Below are positions 55,130 to 63,200 of a stretch of DNA of 64,000 nucleotides, in pieces; position 1 is the first letter of the stretch; each line of letters begins with the position of its first letter. This DNA is from a virus. A model generated the notes under the pieces. The model was not told where the DNA came from and searched no databases. It saw only the letters and a list, made by a program, of their open reading frames with translations. The translations under genes were made by a program, and so were the position numbers. The DNA lies in IMG/VR virus record IMGVR_UViG_3300043446_003158, positions 32,001-96,000 of that record; one strand, written 5' to 3'.

Positions 55130-55699
55130 TTATGTCAAGTCGTTTGCAACTACAGAAAAATTTAAAATACATCTTGGATTTTTTTTAGGAATTCCTGCAG
55201 CATGATATAAAGATCCATCAAAAACAACGACTCTACCTTTTTTTGGACATACTTCTTGCAATATTTTTGGTTTATAATCTTTTGGTTTAATTAAACATTT
55301 ATTTTTTTCAAATTTTTCTTTAGAAATAATAGTATTTCCATCAGAATTATTTACATAATACAAATAAACTAAATGTGGTTCATCAATATCAACATGAAAT
55401 AAGTCATTATATTTAGAAGAACGTGATGGTATCTGTAAAAAACTTCTACCATGTATTGCGGAAATATTAATTTTTATTTTATTAGAAATTTGATTAACTA
55501 AAGAAATTACATGCTCATATGCTGGACTCTTATTTTTTTTATCCAAAGTAATCAAAGAATGAGAAAATCCTACTCCAGAAAATTCCCCACCACCAACTAT
55601 ATCAGAAGTAAAAAACCAAGGAAAATTTGTTCCTAAAAAATAGGTTTCTAATTTATCTTGGTAATCTTTTGGTATAACGTTATCTATTATTCTGATCAT
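55130..55699 (-). CDS. 2OG-Fe(II) oxygenase-like protein
   Basis: FHVD ... YYVNNSDGNT ... KKGRVVVFDG..YHA. Confidence 0.75.
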   Translation of the reverse strand: MIRIIDNVIPKDYQDKLETYFLGTNFPWFFTSDIVGGGEFSGVGFSHSLITLDKKNKSPAYEHVISLVNQISNKIKINISAIHGRSFLQIPSRSSKYNDLFHVDIDEPHLVYLYYVNNSDGNTIISKEKFEKNKCLIKPKDYKPKILQEVCPKKGRVVVFDGSLYHAAGIPKKNPRCILNFSVVANDLT

Positions 55700-55715
55700 A
55701 TCAATTTTTTTTAGA

Positions 55716-55787
55716 AGCCCCCGACTGGATTTGAACCAGCGACCAACGGTTTACAAAACCGTTGCTCTACCACTGAGCTACAGAGGC
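55716..55787 (-). tRNA. tRNA-Thr(TGT)
   Basis: Anticodon loop TTTGTAA. Confidence 0.92.
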
Positions 55788-55893
55788 GAAAGGTGATGAG
55801 TGCCCATCACCCGCAGAAGACACTTTCTGCAAGTTTCACTGCATTAGAGGGCAGTGAAAATATGATAGAATCGAACATTTCCAACCCTATCAA

Positions 55894-55966
55894 CTCCCCC
55901 ACCTGGACTCGAACCAGGAACCCCAGAGTTAACAGCTCCGTGCTCTGCCAATTGAGCTATAAGGGA
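55894..55966 (-). tRNA. tRNA-Asn(GTT)
   Basis: Anticodon loop CTGTTAA; U1-A72 pair; G73. Confidence 0.92.
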
Positions 55967-56141
55967 ATAATGGTAGGAGGGATTTCTATGTGCCGACAGA
56001 ATCACCTTTCACATCATCCAGTCTAAACCAGCGAGAGGTGTTGCACTTCCTACATTTGATGGAGTAAGTGTGATATACCTCATAAGGATATAACAGGGAC
56101 TTACCCTCTATCACTTTTATATATGGAGAATAATTCTCCAA

Positions 56142-56215
<74 letters not shown>

Positions 56216-56241
56216 ATTGTGGAAGAGCAAATTCTTCCAAA

Positions 56242-56313
56242 TAGGACTGCAGAGAATTGAACTCTGTTCACACCGTTATAAGCAGTGGGCTTTAACCAAT
56301 AAGCAACAGTCCC
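56242..56313 (-). tRNA. tRNA-Ile(TAT)
   Basis: Stem CACTG/CGGTG, loop CTTATAA, A73. Confidence 0.85.
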
Positions 56314-56400
56314 ATAGGGACCTCTCTGTTTGTGCATTGTTAAGAGGCATGAGAGGGGCGGGTCTTATGCGAGGGTTGGAACCCCGCTGCCCATAAGAGT

Positions 56401-56429
56401 ATTATAAGGGATGGTAGTAAGGTTGTCAA
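56401..56429 (-). promoter_or_regulatory. Consensus sigma70 promoter for the tRNA array
   Basis: TTGACA-17-TATAAT. Confidence 0.85.
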
Positions 56430-56435
56430 GGGTCC

Positions 56436-57134
56436 TTACCAAACGCTAGTTAAGCAATGGCGAGTAAAAAATTGAGTGTTAGTTTCAATTAAAGTATAAA
56501 ATTCATCTAATATTTCTTTATACTTTTTAGAAGTATAATCACTTCCAGCATTATTAAATTGATATTTTGGAACTTGATAAAATCTCTCTTTTGGTAAAAT
56601 TCCAATTTCATCAGTAATTAATTTGGACATATATTTTGGTCCAAAAGAATTTAAAATAAAATCAACTTTATTAAAAGACAAATTTGAATTTTCAATAATA
56701 TCAAAATTTATAATACTATTTTTCATACAGGTTTCCCAAAAATTATGTTTTCTGACAGATGCCATCAAACAATTAGAAATTTTTTCTCCCCAATTAGGCC
56801 AAGACTCTATGAGATAAACACTTTTGTATTGTAAAAAATTATAAAAATTAGAGTAACAATACATATCCATATCTGCATATATTCCCCCATACTTATGAAG
56901 AATGCAAAATCGTGCAAAATCAACTCTCATAATATGATATGGCCAAGAATCATAGTATTCTAAAAATTCAGAATACTCAACTTTAACAAGATTTCTAAGA
57001 TCATCATCACTCCACATTATGTACTCAAAATCTTTAAATTTAGTTTTCCAAGATTTTTGGCACTCTTTCCAAATAGGATGCCAATCTTTTTCATGATCTG
57101 GAGCAGTTTGATGAATTATTTTTGGTATTTTCAT
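56436..57134 (-). CDS. GT32 (DXD sugar-binding/Och1-like) glycosyltransferase
   Basis: IPKIIHQT, VDFARFCILHKYGGIYADMD. Confidence 0.88.
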   Translation of the reverse strand: MKIPKIIHQTAPDHEKDWHPIWKECQKSWKTKFKDFEYIMWSDDDLRNLVKVEYSEFLEYYDSWPYHIMRVDFARFCILHKYGGIYADMDMYCYSNFYNFLQYKSVYLIESWPNWGEKISNCLMASVRKHNFWETCMKNSIINFDIIENSNLSFNKVDFILNSFGPKYMSKLITDEIGILPKERFYQVPKYQFNNAGSDYTSKKYKEILDEFYTLIETNTQFFTRHCLTSVW

Positions 57135-57704
57135 TTATGCAAAAGGTGGCCCACCATACCACCCAACTAAAGAAATTCTTCTTCCCCAAGTTGTTTTTTT
57201 TACCCTATGAGAAACTATTGAAGGAAAAATAACAACGTCACCAGCGTCTAATTTAAAACTAATCGTTTTTTTTGTTGGATGAAACAATTCTAATTCTCCT
57301 CCCCCATAATCATTTTGAGAACTTAAACACATAACAATACTTAATTTTCTAATTTCATTAAATCCATTTGAATCTAACATGTCAATGTGCCATCTATAAT
57401 GACCATCTGGTGGTTCATATACAGTAAACTGTATTTGATCTTTCCAATCAGTCAAATTAAAATGATAATATTCTATATTTGCTGATCTGATAAAATGGGA
57501 AAGCATAGAAGCAACCCATGTATCTTTGTCAAGCCAACGTTGATTAGACTTTCTAATTTTTGTATTTAAATTGTTGTTTTTAGAATGTAATAATGATGGT
57601 TTCAAAAGTCTTTCATCATAAAAATCTTTTACAATGAGATCACATACATCCTTACTCATTTGAGAAGGTATATAATAATGCCCTAAAATAGGTTTATCTC
57701 CCAT
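57135..57704 (-). CDS. 2OG-Fe(II) oxygenase (prolyl-4-hydroxylase/PKHD type)
   Basis: YRWHID, RKLSIV, YGGGEL, FPS...HRV, RISLVGW. Confidence 0.88.
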   Translation of the reverse strand: MGDKPILGHYYIPSQMSKDVCDLIVKDFYDERLLKPSLLHSKNNNLNTKIRKSNQRWLDKDTWVASMLSHFIRSANIEYYHFNLTDWKDQIQFTVYEPPDGHYRWHIDMLDSNGFNEIRKLSIVMCLSSQNDYGGGELELFHPTKKTISFKLDAGDVVIFPSIVSHRVKKTTWGRRISLVGWYGGPPFA

Positions 57705-57755
57705 AAAATAAACTCACAAGATATTTAAAAAAATTACATCAATCTTAAATTAAAT

Positions 57756-57947
57756 TTAATTTTTATTTTCTTTTCTGATATTTTTTTCTTGAGAAATTTC
57801 TAACCTACGAGTTTTAACAAGTTTAGAAATTTCTTGCAATGCTTTACGTGCTCTAGTTCCAGCAGCATTATTACCGTTTACAAACTTTTCATCTTCAGTT
57901 TGCCATGTTGCAAACAAAGTGGTAAGTTCTTGAATACTTTGTGACAT
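57756..57947 (-). CDS. Histone H1-like (Hc1-family) small basic protein
   Basis: EDEKF..GNNAAGTRARKAL.E motif; start refined to MSQSIQE. Confidence 0.7.
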   Translation of the reverse strand: MSQSIQELTTLFATWQTEDEKFVNGNNAAGTRARKALQEISKLVKTRRLEISQEKNIRKENKN

Positions 57948-58031
57948 AATAATCTCCAAAAAATAAGATATATCTATATAGCACACTTTTATTTTAGTGT
58001 CTTGAAAAATTTAAATTTAAAGTAAACTTAA

Positions 58032-58559
58032 TTATATTGGAATTAAACTTAACATACTATTTGGTTGTTGATTATCAGTTATAGAAACTTGAACATCAAA
58101 CCCTAGAGTAATTCTTGGTTCTTCATACTCTTCATCAACAATTACTTTATGTTTTCTATATCCAGGTCCTATGTAAATATTTCCAACCTCATTAATTATT
58201 TCATAATTTTCAAAGATTGTTCTTGTTTTTTTAGGATCAATGCAAATATATCCATGATAATCCCAATAATGATCATGCCAATCTAAAACTTGATTTGAAT
58301 GATGATAATTCAACCAACTTTGCATCCATTTTGTTTCGTTTGGTACATATTCAGTTATAATATTTTTTAATTCCTGAAATAAATTATTGAATAAAATTGA
58401 AGGTGAAGATAAAGCAAAAAAATTATATTGAGAATATGTCCAAGTTGAATCTTTACCGTTAAAGTATTGTTGATGTAACTGGTGGCAGTGATGAATTTGA
58501 TTTATTAATTCTTTTTGATTTTCAATAATAAAATCAGACTTATATATTTTAAAATCCAT
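58032..58559 (-). CDS. Putative 2OG-Fe(II) oxygenase-like protein
   Basis: SWLN...LDWHDH...H.V...RITLGFD. Confidence 0.55.
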   Translation of the reverse strand: MDFKIYKSDFIIENQKELINQIHHCHQLHQQYFNGKDSTWTYSQYNFFALSSPSILFNNLFQELKNIITEYVPNETKWMQSWLNYHHSNQVLDWHDHYWDYHGYICIDPKKTRTIFENYEIINEVGNIYIGPGYRKHKVIVDEEYEEPRITLGFDVQVSITDNQQPNSMLSLIPI

Positions 58560-58575
58560 AAATTAATTATCAACT

Positions 58576-58598
58576 AAAGGGGGAGTATGCTCCCCCTT
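58576..58598 (-). terminator. Intrinsic terminator
   Basis: GGGGGAG CATA CTCCCCC TTT. Confidence 0.7.
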
Positions 58599-58613
58599 AT
58601 TTATTCTATTGTA

Positions 58614-59237
58614 TCAAACTTCTACCGTGATCAGTCGGTTGGCATAATCATGTGCATAAGATGTACGGGCACCATGATGCCCCCAACCAATCCAACTATA
58701 CGCATAGTCCATGTAACGATTGATAGATTTACCAGGAATTTTCATCCTATCTTCAATCTCTTTCCATTGGACTTCATTTGTTAGATAACGAAGTTGCGTG
58801 TGAAGCGATGATGGTGAGCCACCAAACTTCTTAGCAAAATCACCCAATCCATAATAACGGTTGGCAGATGTCCATTGAATCAGACCATAACCACCCCAGC
58901 AGGAATGATATGCTCTGATACTACCACCTTCGCAAATATTAGGCACGAACGTAGATTCTTGCCTAATATTGCCCATGATAGTAGCAAGGGCGTTTCTGTC
59001 TTTAATTCCAATGTCCTGAAAATAACTCAGGGCAACATTTTCATTTTCATTACACCCTTTACAAATTAACCTTTTTTCTTTTGGCTTCGGTGGAGCAACC
59101 TCTAGGATCGCTGTCTTCTCTGGTTCAAACTCCTTGATAATAGAATATGAAGGAGCACTAGCAGATGATGGCAGTGTTGCCGAAATGGTTGTAACCGTTG
59201 CCAGAAGGGGCAAGGCTACTGTAAGGAATTGTTGCAT
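58614..59237 (-). CDS. Phage tail-lysozyme-like muralytic protein with a signal peptide
   Basis: ALATIMGNIRQES.F.PN, GGYGLIQWT..R, QLRY; hydrophobic N-terminus. Confidence 0.75.
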   Translation of the reverse strand: MQQFLTVALPLLATVTTISATLPSSASAPSYSIIKEFEPEKTAILEVAPPKPKEKRLICKGCNENENVALSYFQDIGIKDRNALATIMGNIRQESTFVPNICEGGSIRAYHSCWGGYGLIQWTSANRYYGLGDFAKKFGGSPSSLHTQLRYLTNEVQWKEIEDRMKIPGKSINRYMDYAYSWIGWGHHGARTSYAHDYANRLITVEV

Positions 59238-59360
59238 TAAAATTAATTGAACTCTACATCCGTATAGGCAAAGGAGTAGTTCCCCTTCTCAGGGGCAGTG
59301 CCCACGGCTCTAATTGTCACATCAAAATCTCATGATGTTTACCCTACTCATAATAGGGAT
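59238..59360 (-). ncRNA. Candidate structured 5' leader
   Basis: Four stems between the promoter (TTGACA-17-TATTAT at 59366-59394, with an internal ATAAATA) and the ATG. Confidence 0.45.
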
Positions 59361-59390
59361 TTTACATAATAAGTGATTATTTATCGTTTG

Positions 59391-60119
59391 TCAACCCGAT
59401 GTGGATTTTATTTGAAAATCCCCAATACATCCTTTCTGTAATGGAAGTCTTAGATCATGGTCATTAAATTCTAAACTATGAACAAAAAAAACTTGAGTTA
59501 ATCTTTCTTTTGTCCCAAAACTTGGAACACCATGCTCTTCATATCCATCAAATAATATACATCTATTAAAAATATTCTCAATCCTAACAGATTCTAGATA
59601 TCTTTCTCTATGTGTATTCCAAGTATTAATTTCTTTTTCACTTAAATCTAAATTATTGTTATGATATTTAAATTTTAATTCATTAACATATCCATTAAGA
59701 TAATCATCAGTTTGCAGTTTATTTTTGATAGAATATATTGAAGTTCCAGTTCCTTCTTCTGAATTTGGATCCAAGTAAATAACTCCACCAAATACTGTTG
59801 AATCACTATGAATATATCCACGATTATGTGGATGATTTTTATCTTTATTAAAAGGTTTAATGTGTTGGAAATGAGTATCTATAGAAATACTTTTTATATC
59901 ATGTTCACTATAAAATAATGACAAAATTTTTTTAATCATAAATTTTGTCATTATTAATCCTTGCTCATCAATTTTATTAATGTGGTTTGTTCTTGCTCCA
60001 GGCCACCTACCAGTTTTATTAGGATAAAAATTTTGAGATAAAGCGTAATTTCTTACTTCATATGGATCTGGATAAAAATTATCAATAATAGTTACGGGAA
60101 AAGATTTATTATAAAACAT
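59391..60119 (-). CDS. 2OG-Fe(II) oxygenase-like protein
   Basis: IIDNFY.DP..VR, WPGART, YIHSD, GVIYL, FNRCILFDG..HG. Confidence 0.7.
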   Translation of the reverse strand: MFYNKSFPVTIIDNFYPDPYEVRNYALSQNFYPNKTGRWPGARTNHINKIDEQGLIMTKFMIKKILSLFYSEHDIKSISIDTHFQHIKPFNKDKNHPHNRGYIHSDSTVFGGVIYLDPNSEEGTGTSIYSIKNKLQTDDYLNGYVNELKFKYHNNNLDLSEKEINTWNTHRERYLESVRIENIFNRCILFDGYEEHGVPSFGTKERLTQVFFVHSLEFNDHDLRLPLQKGCIGDFQIKSTSG

Positions 60120-60128
60120 AAATTTATT

Positions 60129-60305
60129 TTATTCTCCGATATATTCTAAAGAGTATATATCATGATCCTCAATATCAGGATTCAACCATTCACTAAACTC
60201 TAATTGAATAGCACGAGCATTTTCAAGATCTTGTTCAGATAGTGTATGAATCCTATCAACTGCCCAATCATGAGTTTGGCGAAGTGTTTGCTCCAAAGTT
60301 ACCAT
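60129..60305 (-). CDS. Hypothetical acidic protein (58 aa, MVTLEQTLRQTHDWAVDRIH...)
   Basis: Hand-translated; fills the gap between neighbours. Confidence 0.55.
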   Translation of the reverse strand: MVTLEQTLRQTHDWAVDRIHTLSEQDLENARAIQLEFSEWLNPDIEDHDIYSLEYIGE

Positions 60306-60717
60306 AATCTTTTCGCATATAGCGTCCTAGAATATTACTATTGTAGTATGCTGGTGTTCCGTCGTCAAGTGCTTCTTTTAATACATTATTCAAAAAAAGT
60401 TGTTTTGTTTCTTCGTAGTTACAATCTCCTTTTGTTTTATGAAGAGACAATATCTCTCTATTGAAAATATCTTTATTACATTTCTTATAATCTTCCTTTA
60501 ACTCTGGACAAGAACCATAATACTTTTTCCAATCAGATTCTTGCTTTACTCTTCTTTTTTTACCTGGAGGAGTTCTATAAGACCAAAAATATTTTCTACC
60601 AATATACTTTCTTCCTGTAACTATATTAGTAATCAAATAAACAAATCCAAAGTATTCGTTAATATCATTAGAGTCGAATACTTCACCATTATATTTCCAA
60701 GGGTTCTCATAGCTCAT
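60268..60717 (-). CDS. GIY-YIG-like nuclease
   Basis: GFVYLITN..TGRKYIGRK motif. Confidence 0.75.
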   Translation of the reverse strand: MSYENPWKYNGEVFDSNDINEYFGFVYLITNIVTGRKYIGRKYFWSYRTPPGKKRRVKQESDWKKYYGSCPELKEDYKKCNKDIFNREILSLHKTKGDCNYEETKQLFLNNVLKEALDDGTPAYYNSNILGRYMRKDYGNFGANTSPNS

Positions 60718-60765
60718 ATAGTAATCTTTAAGAGCTATTATTTATCTTTCAACCCTAGCAAAGCG

Positions 60766-60802
60766 ATTCTAGCAATAAAAAAGGGGGTTTGTCAACCCCC
60801 TT
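60766..60802 (-). promoter_or_regulatory. Terminator hairpin overlapping a sigma70 promoter (TTGACA-18-TAGAAT)
   Basis: AAGGGGGTT GACA AACCCCCTT TTTT. Confidence 0.75.
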
Positions 60803-60822
60803 GCATCAAATTAAAATCAAAT

Positions 60823-61836
60823 TCAATCGTTGTCAGCTCTATCAATAATTCTATTAGTTTTATTGTAAACTACATGAGCAATTTTTTCTCTTCTTCTTCT
60901 GTTTCTGTTCGCCGTTTCATGATCTCCTTCACGTTCAGCTTTCCACTGAGCAGATTTTGCTTTTGAGTGAGCACCAATTGCTTTCAATTCTGGGGAAGTT
61001 TTTCTCTGTCTACCAGTTCTAGGATTTTTTTCAGTCATTGCTTGATCGAATCCACCAGCATGTCTGCCAGTTGAAAATGAAACTCCCTTTGTTCCTTTAG
61101 CAAGTTTTTCAGTTAGAGTTTCTTCAACAATTTCATTTCTCCACTCTTCACTCATATTTGTCATAATGACGAGTGCTGCTTCATTAGTATCTGCATACCC
61201 TTCAGCAACCAAGTACTCAAGAATGTAATCAAAAAGATCTGCCTCTTCTCCAAGTCTTTCAGCAGCTCTACCAGCAGCAGCACCTGCCTTACGTGCCTTT
61301 TGAGCAACTGCACCAGCAGCGCCTGCTGCCTTGCGTAAACCCTTTCCGAGCAAGCTCTTAACGCCTTTCTTTACTTCTGCCTTCTTGGCGCTTGCAGCAG
61401 CATGAACGGCAGATGCTGCCTTTTGAACGCCGTGAGCGGCAGCACGTCCTGCTCTTCTTGCCTCGTCCTTGGCAATAGAACCAGCGATACCAGCAGCTGC
61501 CTTAACACTCTTTGCCTTTGCCTTAACACGCTCTACAGCGCCTTTTACGGCAGCTTTACGTGCCTCTCCACGCTTTGTGGAGGTAGTTGATTTTTGATAT
61601 GCTCTTGCTTCTTTTGAACCTGCTGGAGCATATGGATTGAGTTCCATCAGATATTCAGTTGCTGCTTCTTCTACAGCCTCTGCTGCTTCATCAAGTTCGT
61701 AACCAAATTCTACAAATTCTTCAATAAGTTCTTCTACAACTTCTTCAATCATTACATCGGTAATATCGTCAACTTCTCCAAGATATACCTGTCTGTAAGT
61801 TTCGGTAAGTTCTCTATGCTGTGATGGTAATAACAT
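60823..61836 (-). CDS. Late hypothetical protein with acidic and Lys/Ala-rich blocks (possible internal head protein)
   Basis: Upstream TATAAATA at 61862-69; EEVVEELIEE block, K/A-rich middle, DYILEYLVAEGYA...MSEEW motif. Confidence 0.7.
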   Translation of the reverse strand: MLLPSQHRELTETYRQVYLGEVDDITDVMIEEVVEELIEEFVEFGYELDEAAEAVEEAATEYLMELNPYAPAGSKEARAYQKSTTSTKRGEARKAAVKGAVERVKAKAKSVKAAAGIAGSIAKDEARRAGRAAAHGVQKAASAVHAAASAKKAEVKKGVKSLLGKGLRKAAGAAGAVAQKARKAGAAAGRAAERLGEEADLFDYILEYLVAEGYADTNEAALVIMTNMSEEWRNEIVEETLTEKLAKGTKGVSFSTGRHAGGFDQAMTEKNPRTGRQRKTSPELKAIGAHSKAKSAQWKAEREGDHETANRNRRRREKIAHVVYNKTNRIIDRADND

Positions 61837-61861
61837 TGTCTCTACAAAATACCTTTCTAGT

Positions 61862-61893
61862 TATTTATAAAAAAAGAGGGTCCTAGGACCCTC
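61862..61893 (-). terminator. Terminator fused to a late promoter
   Basis: GAGGGTC CTAG GACCCTC TTTTTT running into TATAAATA. Confidence 0.75.
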
Positions 61894-62015
61894 ATGTTAC
61901 ATCATCATTTTTTTTACCTAACCACTCTTTTTCATAATCATAATCACCAAACAAGAAATCATCGCATTCTGCTGCTTCTCTATAAGCATTTAAAATTTCT
62001 TGTTCCACCCATTCA

Positions 62016-63200
62016 TCATAGTTGGAATCCTGAGAAAGTATCTTTGGTAACATCTTGCTTAATCCCACCTACTATGTAGGACTCAACTTCGGTTTCTTGT
62101 GGAGCAACTTGAAGTCCTTTTGAAGAAATCCAATGTTCAGTCCAGGGAAGAGGATTGTTCTTTGCAGAAATATCATAAAGAGGTTTCAGTCCAATCGCTT
62201 TCATTCTACGATTAGCAATCCATTCAACATACTGCTGCAACAGTTTGTCATTTAGACCAATCATAGAACCATCCTTGAACAGATACTCTGCCCAAAGTTT
62301 TTCTTGGTTTACAGCAGTTTCAAATGTTTTATAAACCCACTGCTCTTCTTCCCTAGCAATACGTGCCATCTCGGGGTCATCACCTTCTTTCCATTTATTC
62401 ATAATGTTCTGGGTAATGACTAAGTGCTGATTCTCATCACGGGCAATTAGTGAGATGATTTTTGCACTTCCTTCCATAAGTTTGAGTTCGCCAAAAGCAA
62501 AACTGCAAGCAAATGACACGTAAAAGCGAATACCTTCAAGAATATTAACGTTTGCAACTGCTCTGAAAAGTTTGCGCTTGAGTTCATACCTTGCCTCTTG
62601 TGCGTATGGGACTTGTTCTAACGCATGAATCCATTCATTAGAATTATCATAATGATGAGCACTATTGATGAAGTCGTTATATGCTTGAGTTACACTCACA
62701 GCACGTTCCATAATACGATCCTCTTTTAGAATCGTATCAAAGACTTCAGAGGGATCTGAATAGACGTTTTTGATGATATAGGTATAGGAGCGAGAATGAA
62801 TCATCTCCATAAATTCCCATACCTTCATACACGCTTCCAGTTCAGGAAGAGAGCAGTAAGGCGCGAACGCCATACCAGGACCTCTTCCTTGAACGGAGTC
62901 AAGCATAACCTGATACTTCAGGTTACTGGTGAAGATGTGTTTTTGCTCTGGGCGTAGCATATGATAATCGCTACGGTCTTTTTGAAGAGAAACTTCTTCG
63001 GGTCTCCAGAAATAACCCAGTTGCTGTGTTGTTAATTTATCAAAAATTGGATACTTGTAAGAATCATATCTTTGTATTCCTAATGGTTGTCCAAAAAACA
63101 TTGGTTGCTTTTTGGTATCTACTTCACTGGAATTAAAAACGGTCATGGATTCAACCATTTTTTTATCCTCTAAACCTGTTTTAAATCTTACAAGACTCAC
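62016..63200 (-). CDS. nrdB: Ribonucleotide reductase class Ia beta subunit
   Basis: FWRPEEV, EMIHSRSY, LEGIRFY.SF, RDENQH, APQETE. Confidence 0.97.
   Translation of the reverse strand: MSLVRFKTGLEDKKMVESMTVFNSSEVDTKKQPMFFGQPLGIQRYDSYKYPIFDKLTTQQLGYFWRPEEVSLQKDRSDYHMLRPEQKHIFTSNLKYQVMLDSVQGRGPGMAFAPYCSLPELEACMKVWEFMEMIHSRSYTYIIKNVYSDPSEVFDTILKEDRIMERAVSVTQAYNDFINSAHHYDNSNEWIHALEQVPYAQEARYELKRKLFRAVANVNILEGIRFYVSFACSFAFGELKLMEGSAKIISLIARDENQHLVITQNIMNKWKEGDDPEMARIAREEEQWVYKTFETAVNQEKLWAEYLFKDGSMIGLNDKLLQQYVEWIANRRMKAIGLKPLYDISAKNNPLPWTEHWISSKGLQVAPQETEVESYIVGGIKQDVTKDTFSGFQL

Noticed and set aside
55793-56026. 77-aa plus-strand ORF
   Set aside because: Antisense to tRNA-Asn and the structured spacers; no coding signature.
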